Positions 1-13,877 of a stretch of 64,000 bases of DNA are shown here, in pieces (position 1 is the first letter of the stretch; each line of letters starts with the position of its first letter). The position numbers and the translations under genes are program-made. The DNA is from Trichoplax adhaerens (Eukaryota > Animalia > Placozoa), in contig NW_002060944.1 of assembly GCF_000150275.1 (NCBI RefSeq), positions 1,027,380 through 1,091,379 on the forward strand, in the 5' to 3' direction. The notes beneath the pieces are model-generated. The model saw only the letters and a program-made list of their open reading frames with translations. It searched no databases and had not been told where the DNA came from.

Positions 1-544
1 ACAGTTGTTATAAATTCAACTCACAACCTGTCTTTACCTACTGCATTCAGATTATTGAGGTCTTTACGTTGTCTAGACTCATCTATGTACCAGACTTAAA
101 ATTGTATACTGGCTGGCTCTGTTTATGCATGAAGGTCTAAGACTGGGTAAACCTACATTGAGAATTGTAATATATTCTAGAGACTTAGCTTAAATGCTAC
201 GTTTTTCATAGCACAGGTATTTACATCAATATGCGTATACCAGTTTACAAAGTGTAGAGCAGAGTGTGTTGTAAAATAAAGCATTTTGTCCGTAAAAACT
301 ACAAAATGACTTAATGCATATAAAAATTCGTAAGAGAAATAATTTAAAAATATACCATTGGAGAGGCTAGAAAGAATGCTAGCTGAAAGTATAATTTTAA
401 TTAAGTAAACTACTCTAGTTTTAGAGAAACGAAGGTGCAAATATCGTGCATTACAGTCCTGTAGCGAGGTAGCAGTAATTTTCTAGTTAGCCTGCAGACT
501 GGAAATAGCTTTGTCTACAGCTGCCACGACCTGTAAGTTGTGAC

Positions 545-699
545 TAGGGACTACTCAACTCAAAAATGTTCTCCTATATTAAAAATATATGGGACTTGTT
601 AATACTGTAGATTCGTTGCCAGTCCCGTATATTTTTAGTATAAGAGAAAATTTTTGAGTTACGGCTTTGAGAGGAGAATTTTTAGTTACGTAGTCCCTA
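545..699. mobile_element. Non-autonomous hAT-like MITE (155 bp)
   Basis: Termini TAGGGACTAC...GTAGTCCCTA are perfect inverted repeats. A perfect 8-bp direct repeat GTTGTGAC flanks both sides (537-544, 700-707). The interior is also largely palindromic. Confidence 0.9.
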
Positions 700-1144
700 G
701 TTGTGACACAAGGAGATCATATAAACTGAGTATACTCTACTGTACCTTGGTTGATCGAGTAAAACTACCTTGTAACCTAATATTAAGTAGGATTACTCTT
801 TAAATATGAAATTCTGTGCTGATATAATCGTTCCATCTCTACTTTTTATCCTACAGATAATTCTATGATCAATGTGTATACTATTCTACTGTATTATCGG
901 CATTTTAGCTCAATTGACGTAGTGAACCATTGGCGCGTCTGCCTAACATGAAATTGAGAAGGAAAGATCGAAATAATAAATTAGCAGTTTTAGCACAGCT
1001 CCAGCACAGCAAGATGTGCTATGAAATGCCAATTCGTCAGATTTGTCGTTCCGAGTCGGATCAGTTTTTAGAGAAGAAATATTTTTTAATCGGATTTCGG
1101 AGTGAGACATAGCATTTTGATGGACCTTTTACTGTACAGTGTGC

Positions 1145-2320
1145 AGTAAGAATGAATCACAAAATGAAAGAAATGTAGTGGTGCTGATGAAGAATACAGT
1201 AAGAATGAATCACAAATTCAAAGAAAGTGCATTTTGCTTTCATTATCCAGTATCTCTATGGCGCTGATGGAGAACACAGTAAGAATGAATGACAAAATGG
1301 AAGAAACTACATTTGCTTTCATTATCCAGTATCTCTAAGGTGACGATGAAGAACACAGTAAGAATGAAACTACGATTTGCTTTGCTATGGTGCTGATGAA
1401 GAACACAGTAAGAATGAATGACAAAATGAAACTGCATTTTGCTTTTTTATGGTGCTGACGAAGAATACAGTAAGAATGAATGACAAAATGAAACTATATT
1501 TTGCTTTTCTACAGTGCTGATGAAGAACACAGCAAGAATAAATGACAAAGTGGAAGAAACTATATTTTGCTTTCATTATCCAGTATTTCTATGGTACTGA
1601 TGAAGAACCCAGTAAGAATGAATGACAAAATGGAAGAAAGTACATTTTGCTTTTCGATGGTACTGATGAAGGACACGGTAAGAATGAATGACAAAATGGA
1701 AGAAAGTACATTTTGCTTTCATTATCCTATATCTCTATGGTGGCGATGAAGAACACAGTAAGAATGAAACTAAATTTTGCTTTGCTATGGTGCTGATGAA
1801 GAACACAGTAAAAATGAATGACAAAATGAAACTGTATCTTGCTTTGCTACGGTGCTGACGAAGAACACAGTAAGAATAAACGACAAAATGAAACAACATT
1901 TTGCTTAGCTACGGTGCTGATGAAGAACACAGTAAGAATGAACGACAAAATGAAACAACATTTTGCTTTGCTATGGTGCTGATGAAGAACACAGTAAGAA
2001 TGAACGACAAAATGAAACAACATTTTGCTTTGCTATGGTGCTGACGAAGAACACAGTAAAAATGAATGACAAAATGAAACTGTATCTTGCTTTGCTACGG
2101 TGCTGACGAAGAACACAGTAAGAATAAACGACAAAATGAAACAACATTTTGCTTTGCTACGGTGCTGACGAAGAACACAGTAAGAATGAATGACAAAATG
2201 AAACAACATTTTGCTTTGCTATGGTACTGACGAAGAACACAGAAAGAATGAATGACAAAATGGAAGAAAACTCCATTTTGCTTTCATTATTCCGTATCTC
2301 CATGGTGCTGATGAAGAAGA
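1145..2320. repeat. Minisatellite array, ~17 units of ~50/61/83 bp variants
   Basis: Recurrent unit TGCTGAYGAAGAACACAGTAAGAATGAATGACAAAATGAAAC...TTTTGCTTTGCTAYGG. The long variant carries the insert CATTATCCAGTATCTCTA. Confidence 0.95.
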
Positions 2321-2573
2321 TGACTGGAGAGTACAATACATTGTACTGCATCTACAGTATAATGTACTGTCAACACTGTACTGTATGGTGCTCGAACTGT
2401 ACTGTAGACCGCTGAGTCAATGATGACAGGCCAATCTCTAGCATTGCGATATACTGTGGGGTACTGTTTGATACACCACTTGTAGAGTGTAGCATAAGCC
2501 TTAGAGCCAATGGATTACCCTAGTCTACCCAAAGTATTTCATTGAATCAATTCATTTGGCAAGAAAGAATAAC

Positions 2574-5500
2574 ATGGCTACTAAATCAGTCGTGATCGTA
2601 TTGCCTAATGCAAGAAGAAAATCCATCAAAGTCAAGACTAATACCACTATTGCTGAAGTAAGACACTCTTTGAAATAAACAAATAGACTGAATAACACAA
2701 TGAAACTTTCTTATCCTAAAACAATTATATCATTAAGTGTTTCGTCAATGTCGACGTTGTATTGATTGGACATGGTTGACATCGAAGTAATTAATATTGT
2801 GAGCAAATTGGATTAAATCGACTTGACGAATGGATAGCCACGTTAATGAAGTTTCAAAGTGTGCATGTTGTTTATTTTTCAACACAGAATCGAAAAGGGA
2901 AAACAGGAGTTTACTGCTATATAGCCATGATTAGCATGTTTCCATTAACTTGACAATAGATAATGATATCATTCTCTAACGTTAATCATGCTCACGCATG
3001 TTGACTACCACATTAAAATGGACCCTTGTCTATCCATTCTCATCATTGATTTTGTATTTATGGGTAACAGATTGTCGACAACATTTGCCTTAAAGAAAAG
3101 CTAAATTCATCATTCTACTCACTAAGGTAACTTGTTGTTCTGAATAAATGACTTTCTATCTGTGTGCACTGAGCTGTTAAATAGTAGAATAGTGATTGCT
3201 AAATGGAAGAGATGTTGCGCGCTAGTAGAATACCTCCTCTCGCAATAAACGCCAGATTGTTAGTGTATCCAAATCTTTTTCTACAAACATACTTAGATTG
3301 CGTATATAGTAGTTATTCCCCTCAATGGAATTTTATCAGTTATTGTCCTTTTTCTGTATTTTTTGTGCTAAAAATGTTGACGATGATCATGACTTTCTTA
3401 CCTATTGGACAGATATCAAAGGAAACTTTTGCAAGAATCCATTACTTTTCTACACGCTAATCTACCTAATAATGTCTCACTTGAATTAATTAAGCTGGAT
3501 AAGCCTAAAACTGGTAAATAAGTCAATACTGGTACCACTTTCAATGCATTCTATAGTACAGTACTACAGTACATTGCTACCTGTATGTCAATTCCATGTG
3601 TTAAAATAGAACAACAAAAGTTAAATAATTCTATACCATTCAATGGAAAACAACAAGCATGAATCAAAATATTAAATGATGACCTGCTTCGGTAGTAGTA
3701 CGAAATGGTGATAAGTTCTCTTATCTAGATGATACCACTGCTACTAACCTTTGAATGGCACAATATATGCATGCATACCAATTGGCTCGGTTAATCATAG
3801 CTATTGACTAACATGCTAATATACTCTTAGATAACGAAATTACGGTTGCCTTGCAAGTTGGTGATGGATCGAGGCTACAACATTCCTTTCCAGCTTCAAC
3901 ATCATTGTGGGATATTATACAGCACTGGGAGAATCAGTATTCCAGGTATTCTTGCCCACTGCATATTGCTGCTAAAGTATTACTACAAATAGCTTCAAAT
4001 CTTACTGATTTTTTACAGAAATTCAAGTCTTAAAAGTAATTGATTGACTATGACCTATTTTTTAGAAAGAATTTGCCCTCACTACTTACAACAGAAGCAA
4101 ACAAAGTTATCTCGTGTGTTTACATGCACCAACAGGTGAACTCAGATTCTAATTGTTTCTAGTACAGATTTTTGTTTTCAATTTGGTAATCATTTCGCTG
4201 TACATTTATCTTTAGATCTCTGGTCGAAATGCCTTACAACGAACATTTTTGAGATCGTTGGGCTTGGATAGCGGAAGAGCAATTATCAGGTATTGCCGGA
4301 TGAAACTACTTATTTTGACCTTCATGAACGATTTTAAAGCAAATTTCTCCATCTTACTTTAGATTACATTATCGAGATGGTCAGGACGAAGATAACCGTG
4401 AGCTTAATTCTGAAGTGGAAAGGACCTTTAATGTGACTAATACCGTTTCTGTGCCATCTGAACCAAGTGCAGAGGAGGAGGGAACAACCATAGAAACAAG
4501 TCAGATCAATGTAGAAGAGAGATTCACGAAAGTTCCTTCAAATCTGCCAGCTGCAAATATTGAAGCTTCAGGTAGTAAAATTTAAATTAGCATTTGTAAT
4601 TATTTTAAACTAATTGAACTAAGCGAAATCTTAATTGTACTACCAAGGTTCAAGAATAACGCTGTCTCATCAGGCCGATGATCATCAACTTTCGGAAATA
4701 ACTCCTCAAGAATTCACTTCTAATGTAGTTGAAAGCGATACTAATTCAGGCGCTTCTCATGCACCCGACATTCCATTACCGATGGAAACTGTGCCAGCTC
4801 CGATCGAATCAAAAGAGAACTCTCAATCAGACATTGGGGAGCCTGTAAATGATAATCCTATCAAAGTATAGTCTTGTAGTTGAAACTTGGTTTTACAGCA
4901 ATAAATCATTTGTTTAGATATCTATCTGTATGTAATGCTAGCATGTAGAGTTTCGATCTAGCGGCTTATAAATTTGCAATAGTAGAATCTTTCTATGTTT
5001 GACTACAGTCATTACATAAATAGATGAATTAACAGTTTTTTACTCAGACTATTGCACAGCCGATTATTAATCTCTTTCAGGATTTTTAAATGGCATTTTT
5101 ATTATTTTATAACCTATTTAGAAGAAATGGGTGACCGAAGGCAAGCCTGGTATGAGATTCTATATTTCTAGATCTATGCCACTTGATATAATTACAGCAA
5201 TAGTGAAAGCTGATTAATTTAATATTGCGTTTCAATGTGGAAGTCATTTACGTTATTAATTTTAGACATTGATACCTTATTCTCACAGATGAAGACGTAA
5301 AACGCCGAAAGATCGATGATGATAACATACTTGGAAAAGATGGCAACTCTGGAGACATGAACAAAGTAAGTTTCGTCGTTGTATTAGGAGTGAAGGTAAA
5401 TCTGTTGGAAAGAGCAACTTTTTTATGAGTATGATCTTATTTTTCGAACTCTAGGACGTAGACCTTTGTCCAGTGGTTTACCACCTAGATGACATTGAAG

Positions 5501-7246
5501 GTTTTGAAATCGATTCTGGTTAGTGTAGATATTTTGCTGATATCAAAAAATTATAGTAAATGTTTGGTTAAGAAGTTACGAACGTGTTATTATCATAGCT
5601 CTGTAAAATTTTGACATTGTACTGCAACCGAACATACAATAGATTGGCTTATTAATTTACCAACACATAATTAACTTATGAATTCAGAGGTATATTCTGA
5701 CGATTTCTATGATGTTTCCGTTGATGACATTAAACAAATGCTTCAAGGATTACATTATACCAAGTATGTGGATATTTAAAATTTAAGAATACTCTTTACT
5801 TGTAACGTGACTTGTATGTAAATATGGGACAAAGCCTGATATATTTTATAAATGTAAATTAAGTTTTAACTAAGTTATGCAATCTTGGTACACTCAAATA
5901 TTACCTCAGATCTCATTACTCGAACAAAGATCAGCAGATTCTTATGACTAAGGATTTACGAGATAAAAGAGCTTTGGAAAGTGCTCAAATTTACGATAAG
6001 GTATAAGTGGATACCAGTTAATAGCATAATAAATTTTGAAGATATTTCAACTGTACTATTTCGATTCGTAATGACACTTTGACTTCAAACACTTTCGTCA
6101 TGACAGATATTTATATGATTTCAGGCAGCAATTCGTTTCTACTTTCCAGATAAGTTTGTGATACAGGCGTTTTTTAAAGTTTCTGCAAAATGTAAGTTTA
6201 ATTATTGCATTAGTGGATCAGGAAAGATAGTCTGAGAAACTATACATGAACGTTATACAAGATTATATAGTATACTTGACAATATGCTAAGATAATTATA
6301 ACCAGTTTTATACATTTTAACCTTTAATGAATGTGTTATATTTAAATATTTCAAGTGGAATATGTGTTGCGTACTCATTCGCTTGATACTTTATCGGATC
6401 TAGTAACTGAAGTTGAAAAATTTGTAAAATCAACACTGAATGATGTAAACATGCCGTTCTATTTATGTAAGTTCGTTGTTATACCAAATTAATATTTGCT
6501 TAAATGAAGTAAGGCAACTGTGAGGGCAATCTTACAGGTGTTACAACGCTTCTGTATTGTCATTGGATTTTATAGTATCTGGGAATTAAATATACTTTTA
6601 TCATAAATTTAGATACTGCACCACCAAAAAGGATTTTAAATAAAAAGGATATGAGATTATATCAGGTAAAGCTATATCACTTTCGATTATCAGCGCCCAA
6701 TGCAATGAAATGTTATAGTAACCAAAAATATTTAGGCTGGGCTGGTTCCTAAGGCTATCATTCATGTTGGATGTGATACGAAGCTAGGTAAATGAGCTAT
6801 GCTTTAAACTTTAAATTCTGTGTTGCCTAAATATTTGACTCATTAAATTGTAGATAGTTATTTAGCCCCGCAGTACCTTGATATGCGCGTAAATCCAAAC
6901 TCTCCTGGTCTGTTAAGAGATGTGGACATTAGGTTGTTGATATAGTTGGATGATGCTGTTATATATTGTCTACAACATTAACTGTTCTGTTTTCTTCCTT
7001 TTTTGTATTCCTTTTGGACTTGCTCTGAAATATCGTTATTTATTTTATTCCTATTACTAAAGCAGAAAAACTCAAGCAAGTGATAGTGGATTAGATGCAG
7101 CATCTAGTAAAATTAGTGAAAAATCTAGAGCAGATAATATCAAGAAAGGAGTAGAAACTAACGAAAAACAACAACAAACACGAAATAAAGATAACAAAGA
7201 TAGAAAGGTTCCAAGATGGTTCCAAATTGGTAAAAACAGTTATTAA
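2574..7246 (+). CDS. ASPSCR1: Tether containing UBX domain for GLUT4 (TUG/ASPL), multi-exon
   Basis: Exon 1 MATKSVVIVLPNARRKSIKVKTNTTIAE (UBL). Later exons give LPNNVSLEL, EITVALQVGDGSRLQHSF, LRSLGLDSGRAIIR, SDDFYDVSVDDIKQML, AIRFYFPDKFVIQAFF, FYLYTAPPK and AGLVPKAIIH. C-terminus is RKVPRWFQIGKNSY*. Introns are GT-AG. Confidence 0.9.
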
Positions 7247-8287
7247 ATTACGTTGTAGAATTTCTATGTTTGGATCATGACCGTAACTTTGTACTGTAAT
7301 CATTTATATCTTTCACTTTTATTAGTAGAAATTTAAATTTAGAGCAGCATGTGTGATACAGAATTTTTTTATGATAGGAAATAAATAATACATTCCATGG
7401 AGTACAGCCAGTGAACCGTTTTGGAAGGAAATTTTAGCCTTTACTCACTTGATCTTTTTTATCCATTTAATTATCAATGCAATGCAATAATAAATTCTGT
7501 AATTATACTGCGTGTGAATTGCTTATTCTGAATTATTTGCTTGCTAGTGTGCTAATTGCAATTTTGTAAAGCTTTTAACTTTGTGGAATAAGCGAAAATA
7601 CAGCTGCAAGTATATTATTTTTCAGGTGTACTATAGCCTGTAATATTCTCTGTATTTGAGGCAGTAAGAATTTGTAAATGTTTCTATTTTATAACCGTAC
7701 CTCTAACTTTGATGTACAGAATTTGGAAATAAAATTTCTAGCATATAGCTTATTATGACTAGTATTTCACTTCGTGTAATGTGCTTTATGGTTTAAAGCA
7801 TTGTAATATGTACTGTTTAAAAAGTAGTTGAATACGATATATCGAAGATGATTCCTGACACAGTATGTACTTGGTAGTCTCTGTTATATATGCGTGCATT
7901 CATGTATCGCTTATGGAAAAAATGTACGGCGTTTGTAGACTCAATGTATGAGCATCTAAGACAATGTTCTAGCATTGAATCAAACGTTTGTATCTTAATG
8001 GTAAATTTATTTTATGTATAGGATTATAGGATTACTTTACCAATTTCATTATCCAATTCGTAAGTTGGAAATACTGTAGCTAATTGTATCATTTATCGGG
8101 CAGATTTGCTAGACGATACATATGCCTTAGCAGAATTACCACCGATATAACAATGAACTTCTGTCATTAAATGGTTTCGATGTTTGGATATTGTTGTCGA
8201 TCGTTGGATTTATTTCCCAACTAAAAGGATTCTGCAAATAGATTAAGCATATAACTTATTGTAATCTTGATGCTAGTTTATGTTAAT

Positions 8288-8672
8288 GTAAAGAAAGCAG
8301 AACGGATATAATCCTACTGTATACCAAGTTAAACATAAGATGTTTAAATGGTATTTAATCTTGGGTTAAAGCGTGCATCAAGGGAAATAAATAAAAATTA
8401 TATACGAATATACATTAATCAATTAGTTAATTCATACTGTTACAATATTGGTATCCCTAGAAAATGAGTTTCCGTTAAGTAAAGGAAGCACAACGGATAT
8501 AATCATACTGTATACCAAATTAAACATAAGATGTTTAAATGGTATTTAATCTTGGGTTATAGTGTGCATCAAGGGAAATAAATAAAAATTAATTATATAC
8601 GAATATACGTTAATCAATTGATTAATTCATACGGTTACAATATTGATATCCCTAGAAAATGAATTTCCGTTA
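8288..8672. repeat. Tandem duplication, 2 x ~191 bp
   Basis: AACGGATATAATC.TACTGTATACCAA...TATCCCTAGAAAATGA.TTTCCGTTA occurs at ~8301 and ~8492, nearly identical. Confidence 0.9.
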
Positions 8673-8774
8673 CTTATTTATGTTTCTATACTGCACAGTG
8701 TACCCTAGAGACCCTTACACTTGTAGTATAATTCTAAGATTTAGAAATGTAATTTTACCCAAAATGTCATCAAT

Positions 8775-9140
8775 GAACGTACTACTGTACCGTAGATAGA
8801 AAAGTGGACATTCTGCGCATGCTCATATTTACGCTGTATGTATGTATGTACCGTACTGTGCTTACGAGCGTTACTGGAAGTCAGGTCTAACTGGAACTGC
8901 ATGACATGGACTGTTCAGTACAGTACCAGTGTACCGCAAGGACTGTACAGTACTGTACTGTACTGTTCTGTATACAGTTGTACAGGATCTCTTATGCATG
9001 GAGTACAGTACCTAATAGGGCTGTGTACAGTATATTGTACTGTAGCAGCCATGGAGGTGGTCCGGCTATGGTCAGTACTGCGCCTGCCCAAAAATGCGAT
9101 GCCATAAAGCAGTGGTTTCTGGGAAAGTGGCTTTCTTCTA
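8775..9140 (+). promoter_or_regulatory. RPL18 promoter: CAGTA/TACTG tract, NRF1-like site, TOP/TCT-like pyrimidine initiator
   Basis: CAGTA-type repeats at ~8918-9045, TGCGCATGCTCA at 8814-8825, and CTTTCTTCT at 9131, 29 nt upstream of the ATG. Confidence 0.6.
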
Positions 9141-9159
9141 GCTTAGCAGGTCGAAAAAG

Positions 9160-10631
9160 ATGGTGAGTACAGCGTGATCGTTAAATAGTATCTACAATTT
9201 ATCCATTCAATCCTTATTAAAATACTACTTGTACTGAATCATTTTAGTCAAACTATTGACGTTCTTGTTATAAACCACGATAGGGTGTCGATCTCGATCA
9301 TAACAAGTTTAAGAAAACGGTTCGAAAAGAACCACAAAGCAACAACGTTTACATACGATTGCTAGTCAAGGTAAGCATTCCATCGACGTTACACCGTCTA
9401 GGATTTAAAGGATGTCAATATTTCACTAGTGGATTTATTCATAATATATTCTGTTACAGTGCGACAAACGATAAGTTTGATAGCGGTTGAGTGTGTCGTG
9501 CTTTAGTAGATACAGTCGTTTTCTATTTCCATGTTGTAGTTAAAGTTTTCCAATGATTTCGTCCATTTTCTTCTAGTGTTAGTACATCAAATTATCACTG
9601 CAAGTAATCATAGAAATGTATAACTTGTATGAATGTATTCAATTTTTCTATGCTTAATTGAATAGTTGTACCGATTCTTGGCTCGACGTACGGAATCTCC
9701 GTTTAACAAAGTTGTTCTTAAGCGTCTGTTCATGAGTAGAAGACATCGTGCACCTATTTCAATAGCCAGAATTGTATGTTGTAATATACTCTGTAAATGA
9801 TATTATTTCTTTTGGTCGATTTGACGTATATTTCGTACCAATACTGCATCAAGTAATATTAGAGACTTTTCCTCATGTGAACTGACTATTCCTGTATTTA
9901 GCTTCGTAAAATGAAATCGTATGATAGTAACAAGATCACTGTTGTTGTGGGAACGGTTACCAATGATATTCGCGTATTAAATTTACCAAAAATGAAGGTT
10001 AGTGGTAGTTTAATGGATCGGCGTTCCATTGGATATTATGAATTTCAGATAAGGACTACTTTAACTAATGGAGATTTTTTATGTTCCAAATTGGATTATT
10101 TCTGGATTAGATATGTGCTTTACATGTGACGGAAGGTGCTCGTGAGCGTATACTCAAAGCTGGCGGAGAGATCTTAACTTTTGACCAACTCGCTTTGCGT
10201 GCGCCTAAAGGACAAAATACCGTGTTATTGCAAGGTATTGAAATACTATGCAATTATCGTAATGAATCGATATGAGTATATACTACTTTACTAAGTAGCA
10301 TCTGTGGACGTCGATATTAATCCCTTGTGATCTTATCAATAGGACCTCGGCATGCCAGAGAAGCCCAGAAACATTTCGGACCTGCACCTGGTGTACCTCA
10401 CAGTCACGCTAAGTAAGTGTAAAGAACTAGATGCAGTAAATAGTATTTTACTAAAAGAATTAAAAGGCTTTAAGACGAGCTCATGACCTGTAATATGGTG
10501 TACTTGCTCTGAATGCAGATAAACTTGTTACTAACATTTTGATTATTTTTATTAGACCCTATGTACGAAGCAAAGGGCCTAAATTTGAAAGAGCTCGCGG
10601 TAGGCGCAGAAACTGTGGATATAGATCTTAG
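9160..10631 (+). CDS. RPL18: 60S ribosomal protein L18 (eL18), 7 coding exons
   Basis: ATG-only first coding exon (9160-9162), then [106 protein letters not shown]. Stop TAG at 10629-10631, AATAAA at ~10697. Confidence 0.97.
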
Positions 10632-11143
10632 TGGAAAGGACAGCCAAATGTGGACATTGTACTTATTGATTCATATAAAATTGGCTCAAATAATGTAATA
10701 AAGACCGTAAACATTGTTATTGCACACCGATGTCTTCGGCATTTTATCTTAATTACCGAATTTGTATGTGCAAAATAAAAGAAACGAGCGTTTATTTGGA
10801 AGAGTTCTTCATTTATTGTTGGGTCTAGCTAGATATCGAATTTAGCTATGGATTTAGTATTAATGGTAAAGTGAGATTTCTTATGATAATTTTGGCTTCC
10901 GTGTTGTAACTATCGAACATCGCTATATTGACTACAGATAGCTGTAGTTGCAGTAATCGTTGCTCATAAATATGCCAGTGCTGTAGAAACTGCCGAAACT
11001 AACAAGTAGATGATAGTAATGTGAACTTGTCAGATCATATGTTAGTCATGCCAAGAGTACTAGGAAGTGCTATGCTGTAGAAGAATGGTAATGAATTACT
11101 TTTATCATGCATGTGGTCTGTGCAGTGGCGGAATGAATTTAAG

Positions 11144-11167
11144 CAGGGACTTCTCTAAAAGTCCCTG
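11144..11167. mobile_element. Ultra-short hAT-like remnant (24 bp)
   Basis: CAGGGACT-8nt-AGTCCCTG, flanked by ATTTAAG / ATTTAAA. Same AGGGACT terminus as the 545-699 MITE. Confidence 0.5.
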
Positions 11168-12307
11168 ATTTAAAAGTCAAATTCACCTATAATTATGATT
11201 ATTATTAAGAGTACTCTTGCGGTACTGTAGCAATGTCGTTGTATTATCTATTTTAATTTAAGCAACGAAGGGTGTGAGGGAAAGCTACTAGATTATATTG
11301 GTTGTGTAATGAATGAGATGTCAAAATTTTAAGAAGAACGTTGGTTATCAGGATTTTATAGCAGTAACAAGTACATTATGATGTCGCTGCAATTTTACTC
11401 GTATATTCATTTCGAGAGCTATGTTTGACTATTTACCCCTTTACCACAATAAATGTAGACTAAACAATGCCATCTTGATGAAATTTCCTTTCACTCTTAG
11501 CTTCAGTCCATAGTTGAATGTAGTTAATACTATATATCAATTTATTATACTTTGGCTTTGTCTGAATTCACCTAGGCTTTTTCGCTCAGTTTTGTATAAG
11601 ATTTAACAAAATGTTACTTTTACGCGTATAGCACTTTTGGTAACGTCTGAAATCTACCTAGGCTTACTTTTTTTGCTAGGTATCGACATTATATCCACTG
11701 GACCAAGGTTTCGTTAATCTGCTCTGCAACGAAGTAGCCAATTATAAGTTTTTATCGTAAGCTATGCAAGAGATGTGCATCGCGTGGAAACACAAGTGTA
11801 AATACGTGCTTCTCTGAATTTTTATTTAATCTAGACGCTGAAATTATTCGATGACAATTGCAAAGCAAAATGTCTTTGTTTCATTTTTAATAATAATTAT
11901 AATGATTGCCACTGATAGAAAAACGACCGACCATATTTACATATAAACAACAAGAAAAAGTTAAATTGTCAATAGGTAACAATGATTCGTACTAATATAA
12001 AAATTTTAATTTAATTTCGAAAGATTAGCGACAACCTGTATATCAGTAAAGATTTTAGCAACGCGTATAACACTATAAATGACTTTTCACATTACTAGTA
12101 CCGAAATACAGTACGTAATTACAGTAATTACACTATCCTGCTGGATTACAGGAATCCTACTGAGTTATATAACAAGCCGCTGCTCATTAGAGATTCTGAG
12201 ATTTTGTACGACAGCACTGTACATTAGTAGCGTTGATAAATTACTGACAATAATTTAAAATTTACCGAGAACAATAACATTATACTCTTATTTAAATCGT
12301 AATTTAC

Positions 12308-13774
12308 TTAATCGACATTAGCTAAAGATGCCATTACGATATTTTCACCCCTTAGGTAAACCTGGTGTAAATATCTTCTGACAATGATGAATGATTGATC
12401 AGTTTTGATAACATCTTCTGTTATATCAAAGTTCTTTATACGCCGAAATTGATCCGTTCCAGTGACTTTATATTGGAGGGCAGATTTCAACGAGCAGGCA
12501 TGAATACCCTTCAAGTTTGAATAATTTTCACTGGATGGATCATTTGCGAGTAGGTGTAAAACAGCCGCAGCGGTACTGTCATGACTCGCAGTTTCGGCTA
12601 ATACTTTACTTGAATTTTTTCCACCGGCAGAACGCATGAAATAATGTGGCAACGTGTAAACTTCGTCTACATCTACTAGGACCTGAGTGTTGTACGTAGA
12701 ATCGCAAGTGTATGTTAGTTCATTAGTTATCATTCAGAATTATTTGCGATACTTGTGTGTAGACGATAATGCATCATATTCATTGCATTCCAATTTTAAA
12801 TTTGACTGTAATATTGGTAATAGAAAGAATGTATATGTACTACACACTGGAGTTAATATACAACCGATCATGCTACGCAGGATGACTTACGACATTCATG
12901 TGCTTGTCGAAAGCAGCAACAAAACCACGGCAAATTCCTCGAAGTTTATCATAGCTACGAGTCCAAATGTGTACCGATTTCCTTTCATTTAACGCTGTAT
13001 ACAGTATGCTAAAAGGTCCGCTTGATAAAACTTTTTGTATGCATGGTAAAGAATCACAAAAGATATTGTATTACAGCAGTGCAAGCAATGCAAGGGCAGC
13101 GAATCTTGATGGTATAATAAATTACAATAGCACTCGTCTATGTGTATCCAATTGTAAGGTACTGACTGTATCAACGTGCAATGTTTGCAATTGCATAGGA
13201 TATCAATTGCAAGATATTTGCATTACTTTAAGAATGAGTTGAAATTTCGATTGCAAGAATTACAAGCAATATTGCTATCAGGTTACAAGGAATAGCAAAC
13301 ATGAATCACACAATTTGGACGCGTGTAAGCCAAAATTATGACTATCCTTCTGATTATTGAGCAGTAATGACGTTTTGCGATATCGATGCTAGCTAGCTAG
13401 ATTGTCACTAATCGAATTTGCATCTTGTATAAATGTGTCTACATACGTTTCATTCTTTCAAGGACATTTGGCTTGGCTTTATTTTTGAGTTTCTTTTCTT
13501 TATTAACAGTACGTGCACTCTTTGTTGCAATGTCGTTGATCTTGATGCCTTTTCTAGCCGATTTAGCAGCAGCAGCGGCTGTTTTAGGAGGCTGATTGCT
13601 GGCGCTCGCTCGATCAGTCTTGCGATTTGTTTGCCTTTGAACGGCTGCCCAATACGAAGCTAGATTGTCATAAGGTTGTATATCATCACACGGTGGCTTT
13701 AAATCTTTCGTGTAAAGTGCTTTCAAGGCATCAAATTGATCCGATGCAAAGTCTAAGGTAGGATCTCTTTCCAT
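12308..13774 (-). CDS. LSM11: U7 snRNA-associated Sm-like protein LSm11; exons 13774-13447, 13030-12891, 12682-12308
   Basis: N-terminal LDFASDQFDALKALY..PYDNLASY. Sm1 motif GPFSILY..VHIWTRSYDKLRGICRGFVAAFDKHMNVVLVDVDE, a long spacer, then Sm2 RYLHQVYLRGENIVM. Splice phases join in frame. Confidence 0.92.
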
Positions 13775-13877
13775 TCATTCGCATCGCTATTCGTTTCTCA
13801 GCAGAATTTGGTACCTGCAGGCTAGCTGTAGACTGCTCTCGGATGATTTCGCGTGTAGAAATTACGGGACTTTCTCT

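Noticed and set aside
1180-2320. Hammerhead ribozyme/retrozyme array (each unit has CTGAYGA followed by GAAA)
   Set aside because: No stem II can form in the purine-rich spacer between CTGAYGA and GAAA, and no UH cleavage site closes stem III. An Infernal hammerhead search would settle it.
1145-2320. CRISPR array, or coding ORFs within the minisatellite
   Set aside because: There are no unique spacers or cas genes and the context is eukaryotic. The ORFs are short translations of the repeat with frame breaks.
9371-10555. Intronic snoRNAs in RPL18
   Set aside because: No convincing C (RTGATGA)/D (CTGA) pair with a terminal stem, and no H/ACA architecture visible by eye. snoscan or Infernal would be needed.
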